DNA of 64,000 bases from Laetmonice hystrix (taxonomy: Eukaryota), in assembly GCA_965235115.1 (NCBI GenBank), contig OZ249436.1, positions 28,584,001-28,648,000 of the forward strand. The letters are read 5' to 3'. Shown here one piece after another: positions 12,029 through 27,000 of the stretch (position 1 is the stretch's first letter; each line of letters begins with the position of its first letter). The notes under the pieces are model-generated. The model was not told where the DNA came from. It saw nothing but the letters and a program-made list of their open reading frames with translations, and made no database searches. The translations under genes were made by a program, and so were the position numbers.

Positions 12029-15000
12029 GTAAGATTGGTTTTGAAGTTCTGTATTATGTGTCAGTAGTCTGAATGCATTCTGTGCACAAAAGAATGAAAT
12101 ACAATATTTCCTTAGCACAAAGTCTCGAGACCGGTTCTGGAATGTATTTCTGTCAGACAGTGAGTTAGCATGACTTCTTGCAAACTGACCTCTACTATCG
12201 GTAATGGTGGATTTCCGGCTGTGATTGTCCCTGCCAGTCTGCCGTTTCCTTTTTCTCTGTTATTTTGATCCATGAAATCAGGAGCACCTTATGGCATATA
12301 AATAAAGTCAGTCAGCAAGTGTAAAAAAAAGGGATGATCTTCTTACCAGTTTATCTGAACCACAGCTAGCGGAAAGGCCCAACTGAGGAAACAGTCCTTT
12401 TCCGACCATATTATGGCTGTATTTTATTTATGTACCTCTGTTTGGGTTATTTTGACGTGTTGACGGATGCTTTGACACGGATACATTAATACAGAAAGTT
12501 GAACTAGTACACAGTAGCCGCGAAACTTGAGCTGAACATTCCCATATGTAAACTGTCTTTCAGTAACGCCTATATAATATAGGCTGGACGCACTCTGATT
12601 ACAATATTAAGGCATGTCTAGTAGAAACGTGCGGTTTTGAGCTGTACATAGGGAAAGAAACCGTCTCTAACCGGTTTCATGAGGAACTGCCTGACGCAAC
12701 CTTTATAGGAAAGAATATACAGTTCAGTAGACAGGAAGCAGACCATTCAGACTACGAGTGGCCGAATTGTTGCTACATTTCCTCATGTATTGGGGCCATA
12801 GGGAAGCTACGGAAGCCTTGTCCGTGAAGCTTCACGGTGCATGCGCTCGATGGGGGCGGATCGGTAACTTCATAGAGGTCACACCAACAAACGGACGTCC
12901 CCATTAGGCTAGGTTTCCATAGGAGTTCACGCTTCACGTGTCACGGCTCACGTTTCACGGTTTACGCGTGAATAGAAGAATGTACAAGTCAGTTTCAAGG
13001 TGCAGGTTCCATAGGCGGTCACGTGTCACTCTCCACTCTCATGTCACGAGTCACGCGTGAACGTACAGACACAAGGAGGTAACAACCCTAGGGGGCCCTT
13101 TTAAACTAATTCGCCAAAAATTTTCATTTGAAATCTGTGTTTCTCTCAGCACTGTTATACTAACGTGAAATCAAGATGAATGAGGGGGTAATTTAGAGTC
13201 AGTATTTATCAACATTTACTTTTAGTATTGAGAAGAGAGCCTCCAGTCTTGTGTCTGTTAATGACCAGTGTAAGTCGAAACTCAGGGTATAGATTTACAC
13301 TTGTCCGGCCCTCGTCGGAGATTCGATCCTTCCCGTCTGCTATCAGGTTGTTACTTGTTAGATATTATGTTGTGGTCGTTATACATGATGTTGCACGTTA
13401 CAGCTGTTCACTAAACATATATTATAATTTAAAGTTGAGTTGTGCTCAATGCCGGCAGTATGAGGCTCCCACTGTAATCAAATTGGGATACTACAGTTGT
13501 GGATGCCATTTAAACGATGCTGTTCAGACCCCATCGACTGATAATTGCTGTGTATAAAACCTGATAGCACCTCACATTTTCGTCAATAAACATCGAACAA
13601 TGTGTAGTGACATGGCATTTGCAAAGTCGTGCGCACTTTAAAAGATCGAAAGCAGTTCTTTAACAAGTGAGACCTACTCTTTGAAAGTGCGTATGTCATT
13701 GGAATGGAAATTGGTATAAATCTTGTTATCTTCTGCAATATGAGGATTCTTTTTATACCGCCCCACCAACAAAATACATGTAGAGTCTAGCGTTTTTACA
13801 GTTTGAATTTTAAAGGAGACTTTGGCTGAAGGCGTGATGAAGGCGTTATGAAAACTATGTAATGTTCGAGAGAAGAGATGTAAAAGTACGTAGAATAACG
13901 CCCAGTAATGTCAAATGGTCAGTGAAAGAGTAAATCTGTCAAATATAAAACAACATGCTCCTTTGTCACTGCAGCATGACATAATGTCAAGGTACCAGCT
14001 ACCTTTCTGTGTCGGCAAAAAAAGGAAAGAAATTAATTAGGTCACGACACATGTCGGCCCAGGGTCTTAAAGGCACACGATACTTCAAAACAAAACACAC
14101 ACACGAAACAGCTCTGAGTAGTTGTTAACTGAATTGTTACATTGAACGGTCAGTTCCCAGTGTGACCACAGTCCCTGACCTGGTCGAAGTATTGTTATTT
14201 AACGAGAAGGCGATGACTTGAGAAGGTGTGGGTAGGTAATGAACAAAGCCGTTACTGGCCGGCGCCGAGTCCAGAGGTAGAAAGACCTCATCTAGATTGA
14301 GGTAATGATCCTGACACTGTTCTGATCTCCACCCGTCTGATCATGCCCCTATTGCCTCCATTTGTACGGACCGGTCTCCTGGTGTGATACGATGGGTCAA
14401 TTAACACCCTTTCCCAGGGCTGGTGCCTGTTGGCCGCTGTCCTCGATGGAGGAGATTGTATTATACGGGGGATCCCCCAGTCATTGCATTGCTTTGGTGA
14501 ACCCCTCCCTAATTCGAAAGCTAGGAGTGTTACGAAACGATTGGTTGTAATGGTCACTGAAATGCCCCCTGAGACTTCAAGCTATTTACATCTGAATGCA
14601 GGTTTCCCAAGATCATGTTTAGACAAGGGTGTCCCGTGCCCATGAAATGGTTCAGACGGACTCTCCATTGTCATTCCTGCTGACACTGACTGAAGCTCTG
14701 AGTGCCACATACCTACAGGAGCATAACTTTCGATCCACACTATACATTTTCTTTCTGTTTGCAATGCTTCTGGCTTTCGAATGAGAGCTTAATCAAAGCA
14801 AGGCGATGACTATGAGATGTCCCTCAGAAAAAAAAACGCCGCTAATTTTGGAATATCCCTCGTAGCAGAAAGGTAATGACAAAAGGACAGAGCCGCTGGG
14901 CTCGGGCTTACATGTACCGTGTAAGCTTACTTAACAGTGTGGAAGGAATGCAGGTCTGCCGGAATGTACGTCCGCTGGACCTGGATTTCCTGGTTATGCA

Positions 15001-18000
15001 GGTTCTAGGTTATCAACTTCGTGGTATAAGACAATATAATTAAACACATACAAATGGATTAGAGTTAAGGAATAGGATAGCATAGCATTATGACGAAATA
15101 TTTAAAAAAATACAACATCAGACTTCAAATCCTAGGAATGCAGGTCCATCGGACTTATACTTCAGGGATAGCAGGTCTATCGGACCTGCATTTCAGGGGG
15201 ACTTGGATTCCTTTTACACCTGCCATACACACTCCGTCCCGTCTCAATCATTCCATCCAACTGTTTTTATGCATTGAAGCCCCCATTCAAACTGGCTTTA
15301 CCGGACTCAACTCAACTCTATCAAACTAGTTTCACCCAGCCCGACTTCATTTCTACAAGCACAAGCTGGCTCTGCCTGGCTTTGCCTGGCTCTGCCTGGC
15401 TCAAGGACCTTTAGGTTACGTCGGAAAAGTCCAATTTTCCACCAAATAATCAACGGTTCGCCAAAAGTAGAGGCGATTTGTTGGCTGTTGAAGAAAAGGC
15501 TGTCCTAATCCTAACTGTTATTTATTACCACTATACCTTATTAGCGTCGGTCAACGCATTTACTTATGAGACGTCAGGAAGTCTGCTATCACGTGTAACT
15601 CATACTCATTTAATTCCCTAGCGTATGTACATGTATGCACGTGCCCCCAATCCCGAATAGATACTGTATAGATTTGGACCAAATGAGCACCATGTTTTAC
15701 GTGTGTACATAGAGGTAGTGTGATATCATGTTATTTGGTATCGGTGTATACATGTACAAAAAATGTATATGGTTGGTACTAGGAGGAAACCTGTTAAGAC
15801 CTTTCATCTTTCTGTCATACTCACAAAACAAGCGCACCATTGCCGTAGGTGTTATTGCCTCATTCCATCTTAATGTACCAAGATCTGGCGTACTTTACGT
15901 GAAGTTGTGGTATAAAGAAAGCATGAGTACTGTGTAATATTAGTACGCTCCCAATCTAGTGTTCTCTGCTCGTGCTCGACATGTGCCTCTAGGTGTTTAC
16001 TCTCCCAGCTCTCGGAAATGAAAGCTTAAGAAATTCCACTGTACCAATCCACTGCTACTGTACCAATCCACTGCCGTGTTTCATTTAGATGGAAACAGCG
16101 GGTTTGCTCTTTGGATTGCTTTAGCCTTCTTACTGAAACTCCATATGAAGACTGTGATTACAAGGAACGCCGTGTGCGTAGGAGTTGTGGACTTGGCAAA
16201 TACAGATGTCGTGCTCTTCTGATCCGGGCAATGATTAGAGAATGGAAGACATACCTACGAGTGCTGAAGGACTGCTTCGAACAGGAACAAACAGCTGTGT
16301 TATACCTAGTACAGCGAGGGTGGAACGAACTAGTTCTAATTCATTGACAAAAAATCTTCAAAATGAATGCGCAGTTTCTTTCTCTGTTTGAAATGTCTGC
16401 ACTCTTTCTTGAAGATGTTATCAGTTGTGTAGACTGCGTTTATTGGTGTGCCAGGTCGTATGTGCCTCAAACTGTAAAGTACTTTTAATTATGGAAAGCT
16501 TTAATATGGTTATATTACATGTACATGTACCCATCTTTCGCATGTCTTGAAATATGTAATGTAGGTAATCACTCCATTTAATTTATATTCGCTTTGAATT
16601 AAACATTTATTGCAATTCGGCCCGAAAGACAGCTTTGTCGTTAGCAGTTTAGAAGCCCTGTTATCCGTTTACGTGACTGCAGTATGACACATGCTTTTAA
16701 AAACGTTTTCATTTGACAGAAAATATCGACCTAATGATAGAGCATCCCATACATCATCATTCTGACTGTCTTGTTAATTTTGTTTTAAATTTTATTGCAA
16801 AATGGATGCAATGTATCTTCAAACTCAGGTGAAGAAAGGATGTCTTTGTAATGCCTGCTGACGATTAATACATAATTAAAGCCATAATTAGTAATTAGTG
16901 TTGAAGAAGACGTAATTAGACGAGGAAGGTTAGACAGCCAACATCCATCTTAAGACTTTTTTTTAATTTTTTTTTATTTTTTGTGTAAACCTTTAATGCT
17001 TTTCCACATGATTTGTTCGCAGCTGTTATGATATGATCGACTTTGATTTGGTTTTTTACCTTTAATTTCACACTGATGATGTGTCCTTCGTAGCACGTCC
17101 AAGAATATCAGAAGGTAACGTGACAACTTATTTTGATCGTAGAAACAAAAGGACTCAATCACATAGAGTACACTACATACACTGATACTGCAAGTAATAA
17201 GCAATGCAAGCAAGATGCAAGTGAACGCTAAGAAAGATCTGTTTCAGTGACACATAAGCTAGACCTTTGGATTTAATCGTATTATGATCAAATCTAAGAA
17301 GTTCATGCAAGGGGGCTGGATGAGGCGGGTACTTTACACGGGCGCTTTACACGAGCCTTTAACCTCAGACCCTCGCACACAGGGCCCACACTGAAGATAT
17401 CAGTATCTACTGTCAGACCGGCTGGCTGGGCCCAGTTCTTTCAAAACTTAAGTCCTTGCTTAAACTTCGGCGGAGCGCTTCTGATTGGCTGAGTCTGTTT
17501 CGACCCGCTGACCAGATGTTACGTTTAAACAAGAATTTATGTTTGGAAAAAGTGGGACCAGGTGTGCTTTGTTCGCTTACTTGGCATACTATAATAGCTT
17601 TTCAAAAAATTGCTTTTCTGTGCTGTAAGTTTGAATGCGGTTTGACTTGAAATTATTCGTTGAAAGCAAAGAAATACAATACTCGTCACCTGAAGCATTG
17701 TCATTGGAACACCTGGGCACAGTGAAAGGTGATCATCTCTAGTTTTTATCTTTTGTGTTTTTCTCCACCTATCAAATGTTGCAGCCACAGTTGATTTAAC
17801 CCTAACCCACAAAGATCACTTTGCATCTCCTCCGTTATATTCATTTGCAGCCTTCTTTATTCACCATGCGTTTATTGTTTTCAAATATCACCCGATTTCA
17901 TTATTTGAAGGTCTCTGTCCCAACACTGCAAGAGGTATGTGTTACTTTTTTCCACCATGTATGTTTGGGCCTGTGATGATGGTACCCCGCTTGGATAAAG

Positions 18001-21000
18001 ACAAAAACGAATGCGTTTGTCGTGTTAAGAGAAGCCTGCAATGCCACTAACAATCTCATTTGACAATGGCAAGGAGTTTTGTGTGTCAAAGGTCAGTTGT
18101 GCCTGCAGCATTATACTGACAGCATGTGGAAGGAAGAAGCCCTACACACAACGCATGTAAATGGCACGTGACATCTGACACTCTTGTTCTTTCGGGGAAA
18201 CTTGGGCTCATGTAGGCGTAAAACAAAGTTCACACCAGTTAGTGCATATTTCTCATGAGCTGACATTTTGAAGCCGTTAACTTTCTGAAATTCTTATATT
18301 CGATTCTTAAATTAATTGCCTTTATGTAAATGTATACTTTATTGAAAAATGTAAATAGGAAAGGACATGTTGAGAATTAGAAGAATGATGGGTTGCTGGC
18401 CTGAAGTGGTATTATTATTCCAAAGGTTTCCTCTGAGGAAGAGACCGAGAGGCAGAATGGATCCCTTCCAAATTAAGCACTCCCTGTGACAAGTTTGGAA
18501 TTAGCAACAAGCTGCGGTGATCCTTCGCCTATCTCTAAACAAAATATTATTCTACTTTTGATGTATTCTTACTATTCTCTCCCTTGATCTTTCCTTTCAC
18601 TTTAAAGGAGTCCAGGTTATCACAGAAAGATGACCTATGAATATGATATGAACCATCGTTTAGTTGGCTTGGCCTGATTTCCTCATACCAAGGCGAGAAT
18701 CGAAACTGGTATGGAAGGCATGTACCCCCCCCCCCCCCTACAAAATCTGTCTTAACTTGGCCCTACTAGTCGTGCATACATTGGATGGATGCACCATGTG
18801 TCCCCTGGATGTCCCGTTTAGGGCCAAGTTAACTTAAGTTCTTGATTATCATATCTGGATGCAGAAATGTTAACATTCGCCGTTACGAATGCGACATGAT
18901 CGATGTGTGAGACAGATGACATTGTACACGTGCAAAAACACATTTTATTATACCCTTCTTTCTAGCAATCAGTTTCTCTGACAACCAGATAACTTAAATT
19001 TTGAAAAACCGTGCCAAGGGCTTGCGCCAGATTGGAACCTACGTTGGGGAGGCAATAATAACGAAGGGGGAAAATAATATAGGATGTTGATAAAACCCCT
19101 GGTATATTTCTGCACATTTGTAAGTTCATACGTATCATACGTGGAAAACGACATATTATCACCTGAAGGTCATACAATGATGCCAATAAGCAGATAGACT
19201 GTAGCAAGGTCTACGGCGCACACGCAATCATTCCCTTCCCAAAAAATTACATCATCCTTTTTAGTTACAAGTGTCTGCATGACTTCATTATCTGTGCTTC
19301 GTAGCTAATGGTAGTATAATTTGGATGGTCAGCGATGGCGTGATTTTAATCCGGGGAGTGCTTGTGTGACGCATTTCAAAATAACCGACGACCCCAGTCG
19401 TTTTGAAATATCAGGACTGACCTTAATTCGCACATGATGTTGTAGCTAATTTGGTGATTAATGTTGATGGGATAACGACTACGTTTCCAAGTAAAAAGAT
19501 TGTCTTCCTTATTCAATGAAACTAGAATTTCCAAGTAATGCGGAACTTTGGCCAGGCACTTTTCTGGGACACCCTGTGAGGCATGTGCTGATAAATTGTA
19601 AACCCTGTGGTAATTGTCAATAGTTTCTACGTGTACTTATTTCTGAGGTAACCTCCTGCATGGGTGTGAATTATAGGCATGTAGTCCGCTATGCTATGGC
19701 TTAGGGAAAGGAACAAGGACTAAAAGATACTTTCAGTTTTATCATAAATGTCAACTTTAATTTCCTTTGGTGAGAAACACTTTATATTTTACCATATTTT
19801 AGTTTTTTTTAAATCCTGCCAAATTACCTTTTGTTTAACTTCCTAATATGATTCGACGATATTTATTTCGAATGAACCAGCGTGATTAAAAAAAAAAGTA
19901 ATAAATATACGAATATGGCGGGCGCAACCTTGACCTTCAAAATGCTTGCAATCCATATATTTTTCTGTCACTGTTCCGTCTATGGTAAAAGTTGAAAGAC
20001 TCGTATGTTATTCATTTTTTCTCAGAACAAGGTTTGTATTTTGAGTATGCTTGTAGTAAATTAACTTCTTTGTTTTAGAGAGTGGAACTTTGTAACATAA
20101 TATCGTCGAGCGCAGAACATATTTGAGATTGCGTAACCTTGATCCATTGCTAGATTGCAACAGGCGCTGCGTTCGCCATAATGATATCACCTTTATTTGC
20201 CATAAATGATCAAGTGCGAGGAGCTCAGCAGGCTCGGTTGCCAAGTCTTCTAAAGTGAGAGGACAGACTCCCATTGACTATATGACCCATACCCATGGCA
20301 TGGAGATTATTTTGCGAAGGTGGGACAGGGCAAACTAAATGCCCCTGCCCCGACCAAAGTGAGAGAGCCTCGCTCTGGGGTATTGGTTAGTTATCCTACA
20401 GGTGGCGCTGTAGCTGCACGGCATCTAACACCAGGCGGTACCAACAGTGCCCGGAAAGTTATACTAGAACTCCTGCCAATGTTAATAAATCCCATTCTTC
20501 CCATTATGTTATATCTATATTCTTCCACAGACATACACCAAACGTTATCACATTCATTTTAAAGGTCTAGATGTACACTTTGCCCGTTTAGTTCACTCTA
20601 TTGTAGTTCTCGACGTTTCAACCACCTAAGAGAACATTTCCTGGGCGTCAGGAGTCGAACATATATCACAATATATACTAGTAGTTGGTATTTCGTACAA
20701 TGAATTAAGTAAGCATGACGCTTAGAGAGCTGGTTGATTCCAGGCTGCAGACCATGCAATTTAAAAGTGTGACACTTTCACGACGCCATTCCAATGCTAC
20801 TTGGCGTATCAGACTTGGTCATAAAAGGAAGATGATGCCGACTTAATTTTTTCTTGAGAACATGGAATGGGAGATCATGATTCAATTCGCAGTCACTCAA
20901 GGGAGTCTTTTGACTCATTCGGTGTTTTTATGCCTGTCAATTTACTGTGGATTCCAAGGATTATAATAAATTCACATAAGTACAAAAATAAGCAAGTTCT

Positions 21001-24000
21001 GAAAACTGATGAGACTTGGTGGCAGTTTCATTAGGAATGTATCAATTAGAATGCCAACATTCGGATTTCCTCTGAAGGTCCTTGCAACTTCTCATTAATT
21101 ATCTATGGTTTTATTTTTCTTTCAGAATGTTTAATTAATCTGTTTTAAAATAAGCGTGTGCTAGTGGAACTGATTGTTTGTGGTATTGATACTCACATTT
21201 CATATATGTTGAAGATTATATCAGAACGCCAACCTGAGGTATGTGAACGTTTAGCCTGTCGTGCTACAGTAGGATGGACTGTTCAAACGTCGTGCACACT
21301 GTGGCACTGCAGCACTTCAATGTTCATCAGAGCATTTGATCACAGTGATTCACTTGAGCTTTTTGTGGCTTCACGTCATCGCTTGACCATGGTTGCGCGT
21401 CTTCAAAGCACACACCATGAAGTTGCACGCATTATGCTAGAACAGTTGTATGGTTGTGGGTGAAATCCAGCAAAGTGTATGTAGGAAAAAAGGAGAGATA
21501 GATGTCACCGTCCAGCTGCTAGTGGCATTATTATCTCCATGTTGGGTTTTAGGATAAGATTTTGTACAGTGGTGAGTCGGATATAATCCGACTGAAGTGT
21601 AGACTCTATACTTTAGCACAAACTTGAAACTGCATAATGATTTCAAAACCTGAGCACATATCTTACATTACCCATTCTTATACTCAGCTTTTCATCCTAG
21701 AATTATATAGATGATAATTATCTGATTAACTGGTCGGCAGTTTCCAGTGATAGAAGATAGTACATTTACCAATGCAAATCATTTGATTAGGTTAACAGCA
21801 CTTTGATGTTGGTGGTAGTGATTTTGTTCATTTCCGCTATGTCGTACCTGAATATTTTGAACGGACACAATAAAAATTATAACACTCCGCTGATTGAAGG
21901 GTAGAGTTTATAGACACGATTATAATCTGGCATAGTTTCAGCAGACTCAGCAGTGCCCTGAACGGAGGGATGCACGTATTAACACCATGCCCTGGTTGTG
22001 TCCCGTCCGACAGTATGTTGCACTCTCTTTACACGGCCATATCTACTACTGCATCACCTCGCCCTGCCCCGGCCAAGCCATTTGTCCGGGGCAAACAAGA
22101 AACAGTAGGAGTTATCATGATGCACAATTGGTGACAAAAAGAGTGGCCAACTTTGAATCAGCGTATGGTATATTATTATTAATAAGTAAAGACACTTTGA
22201 AATTGCTCAGTTGGCGCTGTTCTGCACCATGGGTGGTAAATAGCAGCAGAGCGGGGATGTTCCGAAAATAACTAGGTTGGTGTAGATATGTGAAACCGAG
22301 TACCTGTTTGCACTCGATGCCTCTCCCAGAAACCACGACACTACCTCCTGTGTACACGGCAAGATGGGAAGATGCACCCAGTGGCCAGCAAAAGTTGTAT
22401 TGTGGATACACTGTGTCCACTTGAACTGTTACCGGTCTGTAGAGATTTACGAGGACCCTAGCTCAACCCAAACATTTTAAACACGGAAATGTATCGGTAA
22501 AGGTTCCCAATGGGCCTACTTAAGCTACGGAGAAAGGGCAAGAAAATTAAGGTGAAGGTTGCCACGATTGTAGAGAGGAAGACGTCCAGCCGTTGCTCTT
22601 ATCATTTGGAATATAGGAACCATCTACTAAGGTAGGGACTTCAGGGTGTGTTCTGCAGGAAGCGTTAATGGCAAGACTGCCTTAAATCATTTTGGTTGTT
22701 GACATAGGCTGTACAATTCTGTCGTCATAGTTAAGTGAAGGGTCTTGCTTCAAGTCCCTTTTCTGGAGCCTAGTCCCTTAACTGGAGTTCTAACTTGTGA
22801 GGTGACTAACGTATTTGAGTGTGCCAAATACCGGGCAGACGGATTTGTAATCCTCTTGGTATTGGCGGCGATAGCTTAGGGGGCAAAAGGTGGGAATAGA
22901 TTGGCATATGGACCCGACGTCGGCTGTCTTTATTGGCCATTTACTATTGCCCTTAGGGTAAACCAGTCAGCCATATTTCACCAGAAGCTGTGTGGCGCCA
23001 ATGACTAATGAGCAAATATACGTGACAGTATGACCCAGAGCCATACTTCTCAATTGTCGCACCAACGCCAGTATTTAAACATTAATTCTGTAGAAGGGTA
23101 TGGCGGGGAGGAAGATCGTGTAAATCACACGTATATCTCATGGGTCTATTTACATAACTCAAGAGTGGGTACGAATGTATCTTTACCCTGACAGAACTTC
23201 TGGTTATAAATATGTGACGAATACCAGCATTCTTGATGCTGAGCAGTCTGATTGGCTAAGCCGCCTCTTTCACTCTTTGGTATTAAATGGCTGCAGACAG
23301 AAGGTCAATTCAGTATTAGCATAAAGCAGAATCAGGCATTTATTTACGCTCCTCCGACGTAACGTCGGAGTGGCGGGAATTGCGATCCGTTACCGCCCAC
23401 TCTCTCGACTGAAGAGATTGATGTAGATTATGAACGGCCCCTCCCGTAACTATACACCGTAGACGTAGAGTAGACTAGGTCTATGCTATACACAGTGTTT
23501 CCTTGCCTGACCCAGGCGTGCGGTACGGTGATCTTCACGACCCCGTATGACCTCAGCATTTTGTAGCGTACTCGACGTTATTTTCAGATGTGGGTGCGGA
23601 CGTCCTCAGACGAAGCACTTCTACCTGCGCAACACCGCCTCTCCAGTCCTGTCCAGTGGGGAGGCCGAGAAATGGAACGTCCAGCGGCACACCGAGCTCT
23701 CCCCGACCGACGCTTACGGCACGATAGAATTCCAGGGTGGCCCCCACCCAACCAAGGCCCAGGTAACTATTAAACAATTCCAGGGTGGGCCTCGCCCAAT
23801 CAAGGTCCCGGTAACTATTAAACAATTCCAGGGTGGTCCTCGCCCAATCAAGGTCCCGGTAACTATTAAACAATTCCAGGGTGGCCCCACCCAACCAAGG
23901 CCCAGGTAACTATTAAACAATTCCAGGGTGGGCCTCGCCCAATCAAGGTCCCGGTAACTATTAAACAATTCCAGGGTGGCCCCCACCCAACCAAGGTCCC

Positions 24001-27000
24001 GGTAACTATTAAACAATTTCAGGGTGGCCCCCACCCAAACTAGGCCCAGATAACTATTAAACAATTTCAGGATGGACACTACCAAACCAAGGCCCAGGTA
24101 GGCCTAACTATTAAACAATTCCAGGATGGCCCCCACTCGGCCATGGCCTAGGTAAGCCTAACAATTAGACATTTCCAGGGTTGCCCCCACCCAGCCAAGG
24201 CCCAGGTAACTATTAAACATTTCCAGCATGGTCCCCACCCAGCCAAGGCCCAGCTAGGCCACTATTAAACAATTACAGGGTGGCCCGACCCAACCAAGGC
24301 CCAGGTAACTATTAAACAATTCCAGGGTGGCCCCCACCCAACCTAGGCCCAGATAACTATTAAACAATTCCAGGGTGCATGGCCCCCACCCAACTAAGGC
24401 AACTATTAAACAATTCACTCAGGTAGCTAGTTAACAATTCCAGGATGGCTGTCGCCCAACCAAGGGCCATGTAACTATTAAACAATGAATTCCACCCCAC
24501 CCCCCACCCCCCAACCAAGGCTGAGGTAAGTATTAAACAATTCGCCGGTTTTCCGGCGAACCGTTGAATATCGTTTTTTTAGGGGGCGAAATTGATTTTT
24601 TTTAGCAGATTCTTGATCATTTTGAAGAAATCCTGGCGAGAATTCGCGTGGTATTAACGATTATAAGCGATTGTCTTCGACTATACTGTTCGACTACTTG
24701 CCTCCGACGATAGTCATATTCGGTGGTTCGCCGAGAAATTATGTCCTCGCACTTGATAAACTATTTCACGGCGAACCGTCAAATATGGAAATTAGGCCCA
24801 AATAAGGTAATAAAATGGTTCATTGTCGCAGTGTTCACGTATGCATAGCCACTTGTTGAATATTCACGCCGAGAATAGGCGTTTCCCGGCGAACCAGCGA
24901 ATATGCGTCAAATATGCAATAGAGTCTCTTGGGATCGACTTACCTGTAAGGCGTCGAATATGCCTTCCTATATCGCCAGAAATTACTGTTAGCGTCAAAA
25001 AGATTCCAACGTATACCGTATCGTATTCTATATTAGCGATTCCCATAAAAACTTTAAGGACGTTTGAGAAAAGTGCAAAACTTCAAGTACGTTTTTCGCA
25101 GCTCCGTCAAAACCCCATGTTCGACGGTTCGTGGGGAAACGCGACGATTATTCCAGGGTGGCCCCACCCAACCAAGGCCCACGTAGGCTAACTAGACAAT
25201 TCATGGGTGTCACCCACCCAAAGGCGGATCCAGAGGGGGACACAGGGGGCACGTGCCCCCCGTTAGCTTCACTAATTATAGGCCTACACGGCTATAGCCT
25301 GCTCATTTTTAATTAATTTTAACACTGACGGTGTGTCTCAGGGAAACCCCGAGCAATTATGTAGGCCTATACCTCTAAAACTCTCATTCAAGAGCATGAG
25401 CTTTAATTAGTAATGCAAACAATCATGAATTGCTCTTCTGTACCCGCCCCCCTTTAGTGAAATCCTGGATCCTGAATCCGGGGTAACCTCCAGCTAACCA
25501 ACTCCCACGTAACAGGATTCTGGGATGTCTCCAACCCACCCAAAGCGTAGAAATTACATTCGTGTTTGTACGTTCCAAATATTTCCAAAGGATTATGAGG
25601 TTCTAATTCACTATTTTACTCGGTGACCATGATATTAATCTGGGCGTGATTGTTATCTCCATTGTGTTCCAGTATGTCCGAGTGTCCTATGACACTAAAC
25701 CCGACCTGATCCTACAGCTGCTGCAAAAACAGTGGGGGCTCGAGCTGCCCAAACTCCTAATATCCGTCCACGGCGGCATCGCCAACTTTGACTTACAACC
25801 CAAACTGAAGCGAGTCTTCCGCAAGGGTCTCCTGAAGGCTGCCAAGACGACCGGCGCCTGGATCGTCACCGGCGGTACAAACACAGGTGGGCCTGGGGAT
25901 GGGTGCCTTGGGGAGGGCATGGCCTAGTCGCCTTATCTTAGGCTGAATGCAGGGGACCGTCATGTGTAGTGGAAGGAAACGGGGTGCCTGGGGCGGGCGG
26001 AGGCAGCCTTGGGAACTGAGGTGGATTACATTACCGCGACAGGAACCGTTCGTATATAATGGGGGCAGGGCGCTGGGACAGGCACAGGGAGGGCGCGTGA
26101 TATCGGGTGGAATAAATAAGGGTGACAGCGAACATTAATATATTGAAGAAAGGGAGGGGAGTGCGTATTCGACGTAACTTCTTATAGCTATTTAAGTGCC
26201 TTACGTCGCCATTTAGCCGTATTAGTGAAACGGAAAGTGACAAGTAATTTGAGGGAGCATTCATCAAAGTCATTAAACGTGACTTGAAATGTAACTTAAC
26301 CCCAATGGATTCTATTTTTTCGTAGTCCTCCTTGGTTAACCACAACTGGGACAACGTCAGAGCCGTTCGGCGTGGCCAGTCTCCAGATAAGAGGTCCGTT
26401 TTTTGGTTGTTTTCTTTTGTGCAGGTGTGATGAGACACGTCGGGGACGCCTTGGGGGACACCCTGGTACAGGCTCGCAATAACGTCGTCACCATCGGCAT
26501 CGCTCCGTGGGGCGTTGTACACAACCGCAACGACCTGATCGGCAAGGATGTGAGTGGTTCCCTATGTTAGAAACTAACGCCGACACATGGCTGCACAGAC
26601 CTCCACCTCACACTCACAGCTGCTGTGTGGATGTCACATGGCTGCACAGACCTCCAACACCCACAGCTGCTGTGTGGATGCCACATGGCTGCACAGACCT
26701 CCAACACCCACAGCTGCTGTGTGGATGTCACATGGCTGCACAGACCTCCAACACCCACAGCTGCTGTGTGGATGTTACATTTTGTCCTCACTCAATGATT
26801 TATACAAAACTCTAACAAAAACTGCACTCATGGGTAATCACTATGATGATTTATTCCGCAAAGCAGCATAAACGTTTCGTATTTTACGTTAATTTTTTTT
26901 AAACGTCTGGAATGGCTTTTTGAGAAGTCGTAGAAGTTTGAAGCATGAATATAGAAAACAGTGATTGTTTCAAGGTATATCAGACCTTCAGCTCTCTATA

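Noticed and set aside
16111..16347. Possible LINE ORF2 3' remnant (MIREWK)
   Set aside because: Similarity is too short to support a call without a search.
26507..26871. Cys/His-rich repetitive ORFs suggesting a metal-binding peptide
   Set aside because: Translations of the 47-bp intronic minisatellite; the frame shifts with each unit.
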